A DNA stretch of 43,150 bases, taken from contig JBPCUI010000245.1 in the NCBI GenBank assembly GCA_051011235.1, forward strand, positions 1 through 43,150, read 5' to 3'. Below, in pieces: positions 1-8,592 of this stretch (its first letter is position 1; every line of letters begins with the position of its first letter). The notes under the pieces are model-generated. The model saw only the letters and a list, made by a program, of their open reading frames with translations. It searched no databases and was not told the DNA's origin. Source of the DNA: Flavobacteriaceae bacterium. Its GTDB lineage: Bacteria; Bacteroidota; Bacteroidia; Flavobacteriales; Flavobacteriaceae. Both the position numbers and the translations under genes were made by a program.

Positions 1-1337
1 GGCACAGCTATAGGTTCAATGAGATGGATTTCAAAGCGAATGTTGCAGACGGCCATGGTGTTGACTGGCCGGTTCGTTATAAAGATATTGCACCCTGGTA
101 CGACAAGGTGGAATCTTATATTGGTGTTAGCGGTGAGCTTTTGGGACTACCTCAACTTCCAGATGGGCAATTTGAGCCGATGATGCAATTAAATTGTGCA
201 GAACAGCATGTCCGTGAAAAAGTAACCGAACATTTTGACGAGCGATTTGTCACCGCAGGTAGGGTAGCCCATATTAATAGCGATAAGGAATTCGAGGGAA
301 GGGTCCGTTGTCAATTCCGGAATCGCTGTATGAGAGGTTGTCCTTTTGGGGCTTATTTCAGCAGCCTTTCCTCCACATTGCCAGCGGCGGAACGAACAGG
401 GAATTTAACCCTCAGACCCGATGCTAGTGTACACGAAATCATCTACGACCCGAATACCAAAAAGGCGACCGGTGTAAAGGTTATTGACAGGGAGACCAGG
501 GAGGTATTTGAATTCAAAGCAAAAGTGATCTTCCTTTGTGCATCGGCCATCGCATCTACTTCCATACTAATGCAGTCCAGATCGGATAGTTTTCCGAATG
601 GGATGGGCAATGATTCTGACCAGCTTGGCAGAAATGTTATGGACCATCATCTCGGTTCAGGTGCCAGCGGGAAACTGGATGGTTTCGAAGACAAGTACTA
701 CAAGGGTCGAAAGCCAGGTGGCATTTATATCCCCAGGTTCAGGAACCTTGGTGGCTCCTCTAATACAGACCAGTTTGTAAGAGGTTACGGATACCAGGGA
801 GGCGGCAGTAGAAGTAATTGGGAGGATACGGTAGCGGAACTCTCATTTGGCAAATCCATGAAAGAAGCAATTCTCAAGCCCGGTGGCTGGCAATTTGGTA
901 TTTCCGGATTTGGTGAGGTATTGCCCTATGAAGACAACCGCATGACCCTGGATTATGAAAAAACCGACGGATGGGGCCTCCCTACTGTAACTTTCGATGC
1001 GGAGTTTAAAGAAAATGAATGGAAAATGCGCGAAGATATCAAGGAGCAGGCCTATGACATGTTGATCAAGGCTGGGTTACGCGATGTGGAAATCTATGAT
1101 GATCCCGGAGCATTGGGTATCGGCATACACGAAATGGGCACGGCAAGAATGGGAAGAGATCCGAAAACTTCGGTTTTGAATGGATATAATCAGGTCCACG
1201 CGGCAAAGAATGTCTACGTTACAGACGGAGCGTTTATGACCTCGTCATCCTGCGTTAATCCTTCTTTGACCTATATGGCCTTCTCAGCGAGAGCGGCCAA
1301 TCATGCAGCGCAAGAACTTAAAAAGGGAAATATCTGA
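1..1337 (+). CDS. GMC family oxidoreductase, C-terminal part (5' end lies outside the window)
   Basis: The reading frame is open back to base 3 (HSYRFNEMDFK...), so the ATG at 24 is internal. The C-terminal segment GIHEMGTARMG...VTDGAFMTSSSCVNPSLTYMA is typical of the GMC_oxred_C domain. Confidence 0.85.
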   Translation, partial: HSYRFNEMDFKANVADGHGVDWPVRYKDIAPWYDKVESYIGVSGELLGLPQLPDGQFEPMMQLNCAEQHVREKVTEHFDERFVTAGRVAHINSDKEFEGRVRCQFRNRCMRGCPFGAYFSSLSSTLPAAERTGNLTLRPDASVHEIIYDPNTKKATGVKVIDRETREVFEFKAKVIFLCASAIASTSILMQSRSDSFPNGMGNDSDQLGRNVMDHHLGSGASGKLDGFEDKYYKGRKPGGIYIPRFRNLGGSSNTDQFVRGYGYQGGGSRSNWEDTVAELSFGKSMKEAILKPGGWQFGISGFGEVLPYEDNRMTLDYEKTDGWGLPTVTFDAEFKENEWKMREDIKEQAYDMLIKAGLRDVEIYDDPGALGIGIHEMGTARMGRDPKTSVLNGYNQVHAAKNVYVTDGAFMTSSSCVNPSLTYMAFSARAANHAAQELKKGNI

Positions 1338-2080
1338 TGAAAAGGAGAAACGCACTTAAAAATATAGGGCTTGCCATGGGATATTCTGTGGCCACACCCA
1401 CACTTGTTAGCATTGTTCAGTCTTGTAATAAAGAAGCAGCTGTAGGTTGGAGACCAAGTTTTTTTAGTCCTGAAGAAGGACACATTTTAAAGCTTATGGT
1501 TGATATCTTTTTACCAAAGACGGATACTCCATCGGCATCGGAATTGAATGTACACATTTTTATAGATGGCCTGGCCGATAAGGTGATGTATAACGAGGAG
1601 GAGTTTCTTACGCTGCCCTTGGCTAAACAAAATATTGAAAACATTGAAGATCGGTGGATCGATACTGGCTATTTTGTCAGTCACAGCAGGGATTTCTTCA
1701 AAAAAACAATGAGTGTATTTGTAAATCGTGCTCTCAATGATTCTGACAAAGAAGATATTCCTGAATTGAATGCACAGGACCTGGAGAAGACTTTGGAAAC
1801 TGTATATTCCAAATGTGAAGCAGAAAAAGAAACAAGGGAAAAAGTGTTGCAGGCATATATCAAAGGTCTTTTCACTGAGCGGACTTCACCACCGCTGAAC
1901 GACGATCAATTGAGCTGTGTTTTTGCTGAATCCCTAAGAGACATGACTATTATGGGATATAAGACCAATGAATACATAGGTGAAAATGTACTGGCTTATC
2001 AACCTATTCCCGGTGAGTATATAGCTTGTGGCGACCTCGATGAGCTTACAGGTGGTAAGGCTTACTCTATAGTCTGGTAA
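1337..2080 (+). CDS. gluconate 2-dehydrogenase subunit 3 family protein with a twin-arginine (Tat) signal
   Basis: The N-terminus MKRRNALKNIGLAMG is a Tat-type signal. The start overlaps the GMC stop (TGATG). This is the usual small partner of Bacteroidota GMC oxidoreductases. Confidence 0.75.
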   Translation: MKRRNALKNIGLAMGYSVATPTLVSIVQSCNKEAAVGWRPSFFSPEEGHILKLMVDIFLPKTDTPSASELNVHIFIDGLADKVMYNEEEFLTLPLAKQNIENIEDRWIDTGYFVSHSRDFFKKTMSVFVNRALNDSDKEDIPELNAQDLEKTLETVYSKCEAEKETREKVLQAYIKGLFTERTSPPLNDDQLSCVFAESLRDMTIMGYKTNEYIGENVLAYQPIPGEYIACGDLDELTGGKAYSIVW

Positions 2081-2083
2081 TAG

Positions 2084-2998
2084 ATGAAAAGACGGAAATT
2101 TATTCTGAATGCAACTTTGGCAAGTGGTATGCTCTCTGCCGGCGGGCTTCTGTCTTTCCGTAGCCGAACCAAATATTTTACTCCTTTTAACCTAAAATAC
2201 GCACCTCATTTGGGCATGTTCCGTCAATTGGCGGGTGAAGACCCGATTTCACAATTGGAATTCATGGCCGATCAGGGTTTTACGGCATTTGAAGATAACG
2301 GAATGAAAGGCAGGCCGTTAGATCTGCAGTTGAGCATGGCCAGTACAATGAATGCCCGAGGTCTGCAAATGGGTGTCTTTGTCGCACATAAGATTTATTG
2401 GAAGGAGCCCAACCTGGCGTCTGGTGACCAATCTATGAGGGAAGAATTCCTCAATGATATCAAAGAAGCCATTCCTGTGGCCAGGCGGGTCAATGCCAAA
2501 TGGATGACAGTGGTACCTGGCCATGTCGATTTAAAATTACCGATGGGATATCAAACGGCAAACGTAATTGAAACGCTAAAACAGGCCAGTGCCCTTTTAG
2601 AGCCTCATGGCTTAATAATGGTTTTAGAACCTCTCAATTTCAGTGATCATCCCGGATTGTTTCTCACCGGCTCTCCACAGGCGTATGAAATTTGCAGGGC
2701 AGTTGATTCTCCTTCTTGCAAGATACTCTTCGACATTTACCACCAGCAAATACAGGAAGGAAATCTTTTGCCCAATATTGAGCACTGCTGGGACGAGATT
2801 GCATATTTCCAAATTGGTGACAATCCTGGCAGAAATGAACCCACTACGGGCGAGATCAATTATAAAAATATCTTTAAATATATCTACCGGAAAGGCTACA
2901 CCGGAATCCTGGGTATGGAACATGGAAATTCAATTTCTGGCAAGCCTGGAGAACAAGCTGTAATTGATGCTTATAAAGAGGTTGATAAATTTTTATAG
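2084..2998 (+). CDS. hydroxypyruvate isomerase-like / xylose-isomerase-like TIM-barrel protein with a Tat signal
   Basis: The N-terminus is MKRRKFILNATLASG. The body resembles the sugar phosphate isomerase/epimerase (AP endonuclease 2) fold (LEPLN..., DIYHQQIQEGN, GMEHG). It starts 3 nt after the preceding gene. Confidence 0.8.
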   Translation: MKRRKFILNATLASGMLSAGGLLSFRSRTKYFTPFNLKYAPHLGMFRQLAGEDPISQLEFMADQGFTAFEDNGMKGRPLDLQLSMASTMNARGLQMGVFVAHKIYWKEPNLASGDQSMREEFLNDIKEAIPVARRVNAKWMTVVPGHVDLKLPMGYQTANVIETLKQASALLEPHGLIMVLEPLNFSDHPGLFLTGSPQAYEICRAVDSPSCKILFDIYHQQIQEGNLLPNIEHCWDEIAYFQIGDNPGRNEPTTGEINYKNIFKYIYRKGYTGILGMEHGNSISGKPGEQAVIDAYKEVDKFL

Positions 2999-3100
2999 TT
3001 GTAGGTTTTTTACTACTTTCATCATAGCCATCACAATTTTTTGCCCCACATTAACGTTCCTTTTAGAAAGGAATCTATTACAATACACGTCTAAACTAAC

Positions 3101-3190
3101 ATGGACATCTACTACTTTTCGATTCTGGCCTTATATGCCTTATTGCTGTTGGCAGGACGGTTTTTGTATAATCAACAATTCAAAAAGTAA
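3101..3190 (+). CDS. candidate 29-aa hydrophobic mini-protein (MDIYYFSILALYALLLLAGRFLYNQQFKK)
   Basis: I translated this ATG..TAA ORF by hand. It has one predicted TM helix and a basic C-terminus, and a similar 29-aa ORF lies 211 nt downstream. It is below the ORF-track size cut-off. Confidence 0.3.
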   Translation: MDIYYFSILALYALLLLAGRFLYNQQFKK

Positions 3191-3311
3191 TTTAATAATA
3201 AGCAGCTTTTGTTTATTACTTTACAAATTTTGTTGATATTCTTTATAAATACCATAATCCATTTCTTAATTTATTGCGTATATAATAAGTGAGCATTTAA
3301 AATTCCTCTGG

Positions 3312-3401
3312 ATGGACTATCATTTCATCATTTTATTTGTTTATGCGGCGGTGCTGATCTTTTCAGCCTACTTTTTAAAACCTTTTTTCAAAAACAGGTA
3401 A
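3312..3401 (+). CDS. candidate 29-aa hydrophobic mini-protein (MDYHFIILFVYAAVLIFSAYFLKPFFKNR)
   Basis: I translated this ATG..TAA ORF by hand. It has the same length, the same MD start, a central YA, and the FL + basic tail seen in ORF 3101..3190. Confidence 0.3.
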   Translation: MDYHFIILFVYAAVLIFSAYFLKPFFKNR

Positions 3402-3479
3402 ATTGTAATCCGCTTTGCAGATGCACGCTTCCTAATGGAACGCAGGAAAAGCTCGCTCTTTAATCATCCACAGATCGCC

Positions 3480-3538
3480 GAAAAAAAACACCTTGATACA
3501 AAGCTCACCGGAAGGTGTTGAGCTTAGCCAAGGCGTTT
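3480..3538 (-). terminator. second (tandem) intrinsic terminator-like long hairpin downstream of nrdA
   Basis: The minus strand reads AAACGCCTT-GGCT-AAGCT-CAA-CACC-TTCC-GGTG-AGCTT-TGTATC-AAGGTGTTT, and the hairpin runs into an unbroken T run (plus-strand a3481-a3488, part of which forms the 3' arm). Alternative pairings are possible. Confidence 0.45.
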
Positions 3539-3540
3539 CC

Positions 3541-3581
3541 CAAAAAAATAAACACTTTACTGGTTGACCAAAACAACCAGT
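3541..3581 (-). terminator. intrinsic terminator-like hairpin after nrdA
   Basis: A 7-8 bp stem CTGGTTG/CAACCAG (3560-3566 / 3574-3580) with a 7-nt loop lies 20 nt past the nrdA stop. It is followed on the minus strand by AAAGTGTTTATTTTTTTG. Confidence 0.5.
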
Positions 3582-3599
3582 CTCTTACTTAACCGAACC

Positions 3600-6077
3600 T
3601 TAAGATCCGCACATGAGGCAATCGTCATCGGCCTGATCTTCTTTGGCCTTTGAGATTAACTCTTTCATCTCTTCGGGTGATATGGGTTCAGTATTGTTTT
3701 CCTGTTCCCGGACCGGTGTTGTCTTTACACTCAGCTCTTTTGCTAATTCCGGTCTTGTTGCCGTCACTTCCGCCTCGGCTGCAATACTAATAGGCTCTTC
3801 TTTTTTCTTTGTATTGTCCAATGTGAACTTGATCGCATCAACAGCTGCTTTTGTACGCAAGTAGTACATGCCTGTTTTTAAACCACTTTTCCAGGCGTAA
3901 AAATGCATGGAAGTCAGTTTGGCAAAATTGGCGTTCTCCATGAACAAATTCAGTGACTGGCTTTGATCAATAAAATACCCGCGCTGTCTCGACATATCAA
4001 TTATGTCCTTCATGCTCAATTCCCAAACGGTCTTGTAAAGTTGTTTGATCTCGTCGGGGATCAGGTCAATATGCTGAATAGATCCGTTCGCCCTCATTAG
4101 TTCCTGTTTCAATTCCTCATCCCACAAGCCGAGTTTTACCAAATCCTCCAATAGGTGTTTGTTTACCACAATAAATTCTCCGGAAAGTACTCTTCTGGTA
4201 TAAATATTCGAGGTATAGGGTTCGAAACACTCATTATTCCCCAGGATTTGGGAAGTTGAAGCAGTGGGCATAGGTGCAACGAGAAGTGAATTTCGTACTC
4301 CGTGTTGTTTTATGTTCTTTCGGAGTTTTACCCAATCCCAGCGCCCGGATAGTTCTTCATCCTCTATGCCCCAGAGATTATACTGGAATTCACCTTTAGA
4401 GATAGGAGATCCTTCATATGAGGAATAACAACCATCTGTTTTCGCCTCTTCCATAGATGCAGTAACTGCGGCGTAGTAGAGGGTTTCAAATATTTCCTGA
4501 TTTAGTTTTTTGGCCCTGTCTGAAGTAAATGGAAGCCTCATCAGAATAAAAGTATCTGCCAAACCCTGCACACCCAATCCTATTGGCCGGTGTCTCATAT
4601 TGGAATTTTCGGCTTCCTTGACCGGATAGTAATTTCGGTCGATCACTTTGTTCAAATTCTTAGTGACGCGTTTCGTGACTTTAAAGAGTTCCTTGTGATC
4701 GAAGTCCCCGTTTTTCACAAACATTGGTAAGGCGATAGAGGCCAGGTTACATACTGCGACCTCATCGGGTGATGTATACTCGAGAATTTCAGTGCAAAGG
4801 TTAGACGAGCGAATAGTTCCCAGGTTCTTCTGGTTACTTTTGCGATTAGCCGCGTCTTTATACAGCATATAGGGCGTGCCTGTCTCAATCTGAGACTCCA
4901 GTATCTTCTCCCACAACTCACGCGCTTTTACAGTCTTCCTGCCTTTACCTTCTGCTTCGTATTTGGTGTATAATTCTTCAAATTCTGCACTATGTGTGGT
5001 AAAAAGTCCGGTACACTCATTGGGGCACATTAAGGTCCATTCCCCATCTGCTTCTACGCGTTTCATAAACAAGTCGGGAATCCACATGGCATAAAAAAGA
5101 TCTCTCGCCCTCATTTCTTCTTTACCGTGATTCTTTTTCAGCTCGAGAAAATCTAAAATATCTGCATGCCAGGGTTCCACATATATGGCAAAACTGCCCT
5201 TTCTTTTTCCCCCACCCTGGTCTACATATCGTGCTGTATCGTTAAATACACGCAGCATGGGTACAATTCCGTTCGATGTTCCGTTGGTTCCGGCTATATA
5301 AGATCCGGTTGCCCGGATATTGTGAATAGATAACCCAATGCCACCGGCAGATTGTGAAATCTTGGCTGTTTGCTTTAAGGTGTCGTAAATCCCGTCAATA
5401 CTATCGTCTTTCATAGCCAGCAGAAAACAGGAAGACATCTGTGGTTTAGGTGTGCCGGAATTAAATAGAGTTGGCGTGGCATGAGTGAAGTATTTTTTGG
5501 ACATCAACTCATAGGTTTCTATGGCGGAATTCAGATCGTCCAGGTGTATCCCCACGGCAACCCTCATCAGCATATGTTGTGGTCTTTCTGCGATTTGGCC
5601 GTTAAGTTTTAAAAGATATGATCGCTCCAGGGTTTTGAAACCGAAATAATCATAGCCGAAGTCCCTGTTGTAAATTATGGTTGAATCGAGCTGATCCGCA
5701 TTGGCAGCGATAACCTGATACACTTCGTCCGATAAGAGTGGTGCTTTTTTACCTGTTCTGGGATTTACGTATTCATAAAGATCCTTCATGGTTTCGGAGA
5801 AGGATTTTTTAGTGTTTTTGTGCAGGTTAGAAACAGAAATCCGAGCCGCTAACTTGGCATAGTCTGGGTGGGCGGTTGTAAGTGTGGCAGCTATTTCCGC
5901 CGCCAAATTATCCAGTTCTGATGTAGTCACCCCATCGTAAAGGCCCTCAATGACCCGCATGGCCACTTTCACGGGGTCGACTAAATTGCTAAGTCCATAA
6001 CACAGCTTCCGAACTCTTGCTGTGATCTTGTCGAACATCATCGGCTCTTGTCTTCCGTCTCTTTTTACTACATACAT
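3600..6077 (-). CDS. nrdA: ribonucleoside-diphosphate reductase, alpha subunit (class Ia)
   Basis: It has an N-terminal ATP-cone ([16 protein letters not shown]), the active-site motif NLCTEI, and a C-terminal redox tail ending CLMCGS. The product is 825 aa. Confidence 0.97.
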   Translation of the reverse strand: MYVVKRDGRQEPMMFDKITARVRKLCYGLSNLVDPVKVAMRVIEGLYDGVTTSELDNLAAEIAATLTTAHPDYAKLAARISVSNLHKNTKKSFSETMKDLYEYVNPRTGKKAPLLSDEVYQVIAANADQLDSTIIYNRDFGYDYFGFKTLERSYLLKLNGQIAERPQHMLMRVAVGIHLDDLNSAIETYELMSKKYFTHATPTLFNSGTPKPQMSSCFLLAMKDDSIDGIYDTLKQTAKISQSAGGIGLSIHNIRATGSYIAGTNGTSNGIVPMLRVFNDTARYVDQGGGKRKGSFAIYVEPWHADILDFLELKKNHGKEEMRARDLFYAMWIPDLFMKRVEADGEWTLMCPNECTGLFTTHSAEFEELYTKYEAEGKGRKTVKARELWEKILESQIETGTPYMLYKDAANRKSNQKNLGTIRSSNLCTEILEYTSPDEVAVCNLASIALPMFVKNGDFDHKELFKVTKRVTKNLNKVIDRNYYPVKEAENSNMRHRPIGLGVQGLADTFILMRLPFTSDRAKKLNQEIFETLYYAAVTASMEEAKTDGCYSSYEGSPISKGEFQYNLWGIEDEELSGRWDWVKLRKNIKQHGVRNSLLVAPMPTASTSQILGNNECFEPYTSNIYTRRVLSGEFIVVNKHLLEDLVKLGLWDEELKQELMRANGSIQHIDLIPDEIKQLYKTVWELSMKDIIDMSRQRGYFIDQSQSLNLFMENANFAKLTSMHFYAWKSGLKTGMYYLRTKAAVDAIKFTLDNTKKKEEPISIAAEAEVTATRPELAKELSVKTTPVREQENNTEPISPEEMKELISKAKEDQADDDCLMCGS

Positions 6078-6153
6078 GCTTCTCTATATTGTTTTTGGTT
6101 AGTATTTGGTCAGCTCAGGCCTGTGGCAAAAGCTTAAATTTATAATCAAGCAC

Positions 6154-6176
6154 AAAAAAACCCCAGATTGCCGGGG
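6154..6176 (-). terminator. intercistronic terminator/attenuator-like hairpin between nrdB and nrdA
   Basis: The minus strand reads CCCCGG-CAAT-CTGGGG (one G.U pair, which is an A.C mismatch on the plus strand), followed directly by TTTTTTT. It lies 17 nt after the nrdB stop and 77 nt before the nrdA ATG. Confidence 0.5.
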
Positions 6177-6193
6177 TAATTCAGCTGGATTTA

Positions 6194-7180
6194 TTAAAAA
6201 TCGGCGTCGAAGCTGATCTTCTGTGAATCGCTGTCCTTTTCCTTGTTTAAAACTCCCGCTTTCTGGTATTCAGAAACCCTTTTCTCAAAGAAATTGGTTT
6301 TGCCTTGTAAGGAAATCATATCCATAAAATCAAATGGATTGGTGGCGTTGTATACTTTATCACATTCGAGTTCCACCAACAGGCGGTCGGTGACAAACTC
6401 CAAATATTGTGTCATCAGTTTTGCATTCATTCCAATAAGGCTCACTGGCAGGGATTCCGTAATGAATTCTCTTTCAATGTTCAGGGCATCTACTAATATA
6501 TCGGTGATGCGTTCTTTAGGTACTTTATTGACCAGATGCTTATTGTGCAAGTGTACTGCATAGTCGCAATGCATTCCTTCATCCCTGGATATCAACTCAT
6601 TGGAAAATGTGAGACCTGGCATTAGTCCCCTTTTCTTCAACCAGAAAATAGAGCAGAAAGCACCTGAGAAAAAGATTCCTTCTACAGCGGCAAACGCGAT
6701 AAGTCTTTCGGCAAAACTGGGCGACTCGATCCATCGCAGTGCCCAATCAGCTTTCTTTTTAATTGCCGGAAAATTATCCAGCGCTGTAAAAAGGAGGTTT
6801 TTTTCCTTTTCATCCTTTACGTAAGTATCTATAAGCAAAGAGTAAGTCTCTGAATGAATGTTCTCCATCATAATCTGAAATCCGTAAAAGAACTTCGCCT
6901 CGGAGTACTGTACTTCATTTACAAAGTTTTCTGCAAGATTTTCGTTGACTATACCGTCTGATGCTGCAAAAAAAGCGAGAATATGTTTTATAAAATAGTG
7001 TTCATCATCGCTGAGTTTGTTGTTCCAGTCTGCCAAATCCTGATGAAGGTCTATTTCTTCCGCCGTCCAAAAACAAGCCTCACACTTCTTGTACCACTCC
7101 CATAAATCATGGTGTTTTATGGGAAAAATTACAAATCGGTCTTTGTTTTCCTTTAGAATGGGCTCGACGGCTGTAGACAT
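6194..7180 (-). CDS. nrdB: ribonucleoside-diphosphate reductase, beta subunit (class Ia R2)
   Basis: Di-iron/tyrosyl radical motifs are present ([29 protein letters not shown]), and the acidic C-terminal tail ends in FDADF. Confidence 0.97.
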   Translation of the reverse strand: MSTAVEPILKENKDRFVIFPIKHHDLWEWYKKCEACFWTAEEIDLHQDLADWNNKLSDDEHYFIKHILAFFAASDGIVNENLAENFVNEVQYSEAKFFYGFQIMMENIHSETYSLLIDTYVKDEKEKNLLFTALDNFPAIKKKADWALRWIESPSFAERLIAFAAVEGIFFSGAFCSIFWLKKRGLMPGLTFSNELISRDEGMHCDYAVHLHNKHLVNKVPKERITDILVDALNIEREFITESLPVSLIGMNAKLMTQYLEFVTDRLLVELECDKVYNATNPFDFMDMISLQGKTNFFEKRVSEYQKAGVLNKEKDSDSQKISFDADF

Positions 7181-7391
7181 AATAGTGCTCTTTTTAATAG
7201 TTGAAATTGGGATTAATTTACATTACGGCTGGGACTTACAAAGATTGAAAAATGTTATCAAATTCTAAAGTCGGAATGGTTAAATACCATCCAAAGTTTT
7301 TAACACGGGCTGTTGAAATGTAGGCTCAGAATTGATGTTCATTGCCCTGCCGCCCCGAAGAAATTTTTTGAAAATTTTAAGAAAATATCAA

Positions 7392-7437
7392 ACAAAAAAA
7401 TAAACCGAAAAGTACAATATTACATACTTATCGGTTT
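7392..7437 (-). terminator. intrinsic terminator-like hairpin
   Basis: A 12-bp stem with one A.A mismatch pairs AAACCGAAAAGTA with TACTTATCGGTTT (7402-7437). It is followed on the minus strand by ATTTTTTTG. It lies 210 nt downstream of the stop of CDS 7648..8286. Confidence 0.5.
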
Positions 7438-7647
7438 AAGAAATTGTGGAATTCATCTAAAATTAGCCGGCAGCACAATTGGGAAATCTCCGGGCCTTAC
7501 AGAAATAATTACGAATCGATATTTGAAATTTTCACTACAGTCCTCAGAAACAGTACAGTTAAAACATATATTAAGTGGTTTCTAATTTGGTCGCTCCAAA
7601 AAAAAGAACAATTAGAATAACTTTAAGTATAGAATTTCATCCTTGCC

Positions 7648-8286
7648 CTAATTGTCTTTTACCAATTCTGAAAGGCGTGCCAGGTCAAGATGTTCAATTA
7701 ACTGCCAAGTTTCCTCAGGATTTCTGTTTGTGGCAGAAACTGAGACCATAAATCTGTCCAGATATACAAACTGCAATTCCGTCTTATTGGATTTTTTATG
7801 GTATACTTGTTGAGCCTTAATACCCTGAACCTCCAGGGTTTTTTGCTGTTTGTTTTCATCCTCGGACTCAAAAGCCATCCCAGACATCATCTTCATACTC
7901 ATTAACATGTTGGATCCTGTAGGTCCGGCACCATCTGCAACACCAATATTACATCTCCTTCTATTCGGATTCAGTTTCTCACCTCCGGAATCTGTACTAA
8001 TGAATTCCGGTTCCCCTTTGGTATCGTATACTCCATCAATTGAGGCCATATTCGCTGCACTCATTGCACCATGCTTAACTTCGATTAATTCCATCCCAGC
8101 TAAACTTTTGGGCAATAACGTTTTTAGCTGATCATCGCTAAGTGGTACTGCAGTACTCAATGACATGTCTCCGCCTACCTGACTTTGCATGGCTTTCATC
8201 ATATTTTCCTGCTCTGGGGTTTGTCCAATAACAAAGATAGTTGCCAGTAAAGCGATCAATGTCGTACAATTATTAACTGTTCTCAT
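7648..8286 (-). CDS. hypothetical secreted protein, Met-rich
   Basis: I chose the start at the internal ATG (8284-8286), which gives MRTVNNCTTLIALLATIFVIGQ, a Sec signal. The longer ORF begins with TTG and adds a non-signal extension. I recognised no family. Confidence 0.6.
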   Translation of the reverse strand: MRTVNNCTTLIALLATIFVIGQTPEQENMMKAMQSQVGGDMSLSTAVPLSDDQLKTLLPKSLAGMELIEVKHGAMSAANMASIDGVYDTKGEPEFISTDSGGEKLNPNRRRCNIGVADGAGPTGSNMLMSMKMMSGMAFESEDENKQQKTLEVQGIKAQQVYHKKSNKTELQFVYLDRFMVSVSATNRNPEETWQLIEHLDLARLSELVKDN

Positions 8287-8592
8287 AGTGTTCTTGAATT
8301 TTATTGTAATTCCGTTAAAATATGATGTGGGGTGAGGTGCCCAGAATTTTTTCAAACCAAGCGGCCCCGCAATGAAATCGAACAAGTATAACTAATAAAG
8401 GCACCACCCCTCCAGGTAGTTCCCCCGAAACCCGAATGGAGCAGTTGCCAAATCCATTAATTTGGACTGGTTATCCAGTAAGTGACTTCATCTTCCGGAG
8501 GGTCCAATAAACAACCTAATGCCTATTAAACACAATTCCCTCTGAGGCCGCATTTCTGATTTAATAAATATTTCAATATATGATTTGCCGGG

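Noticed and set aside
2964-3236. A 90-aa ORF from the track lies in the gap after the TIM-barrel gene.
   Set aside because: It overlaps the end of the preceding gene. The sequence is low-complexity and Phe/Ile/Cys/Trp-rich with no family resemblance. The 29-aa ORF in another frame is the more coherent reading.
3505-3536. CCGGAAGG followed by AGCCAAGGC on the plus strand resembles the apical region of bacterial 4.5S/SRP RNA (GGAA tetraloop, then ...AGCCAAGGC in E. coli 4.5S).
   Set aside because: The 5' arm lacks the conserved internal-loop residues (the CAGG/AGG context), and the spacing between the two motifs differs (10 nt versus 4 nt). The hairpin is followed by a U-run only on the minus strand, where the loop reads TTCC. 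A terminator is the simpler reading. A covariance-model scan (Rfam SRP_bact) would settle it.
7313-7585. A 90-aa ORF lies in the nrdB upstream region.
   Set aside because: It spans a strong hairpin/terminator and AT-rich promoter DNA. It is basic and low-complexity, with no recognisable features.
8287-8385. N-terminal extension of CDS 7648..8286 (the track ORF starts at 8385). The same question applies to the hemJ extension at 26060..26098.
   Set aside because: For 7648..8286, the extension starts at TTG and places about 33 non-hydrophobic residues ahead of an obvious signal peptide. For hemJ, the extension overlaps the upstream gene, whereas the internal ATG reproduces the canonical HemJ N-terminus.
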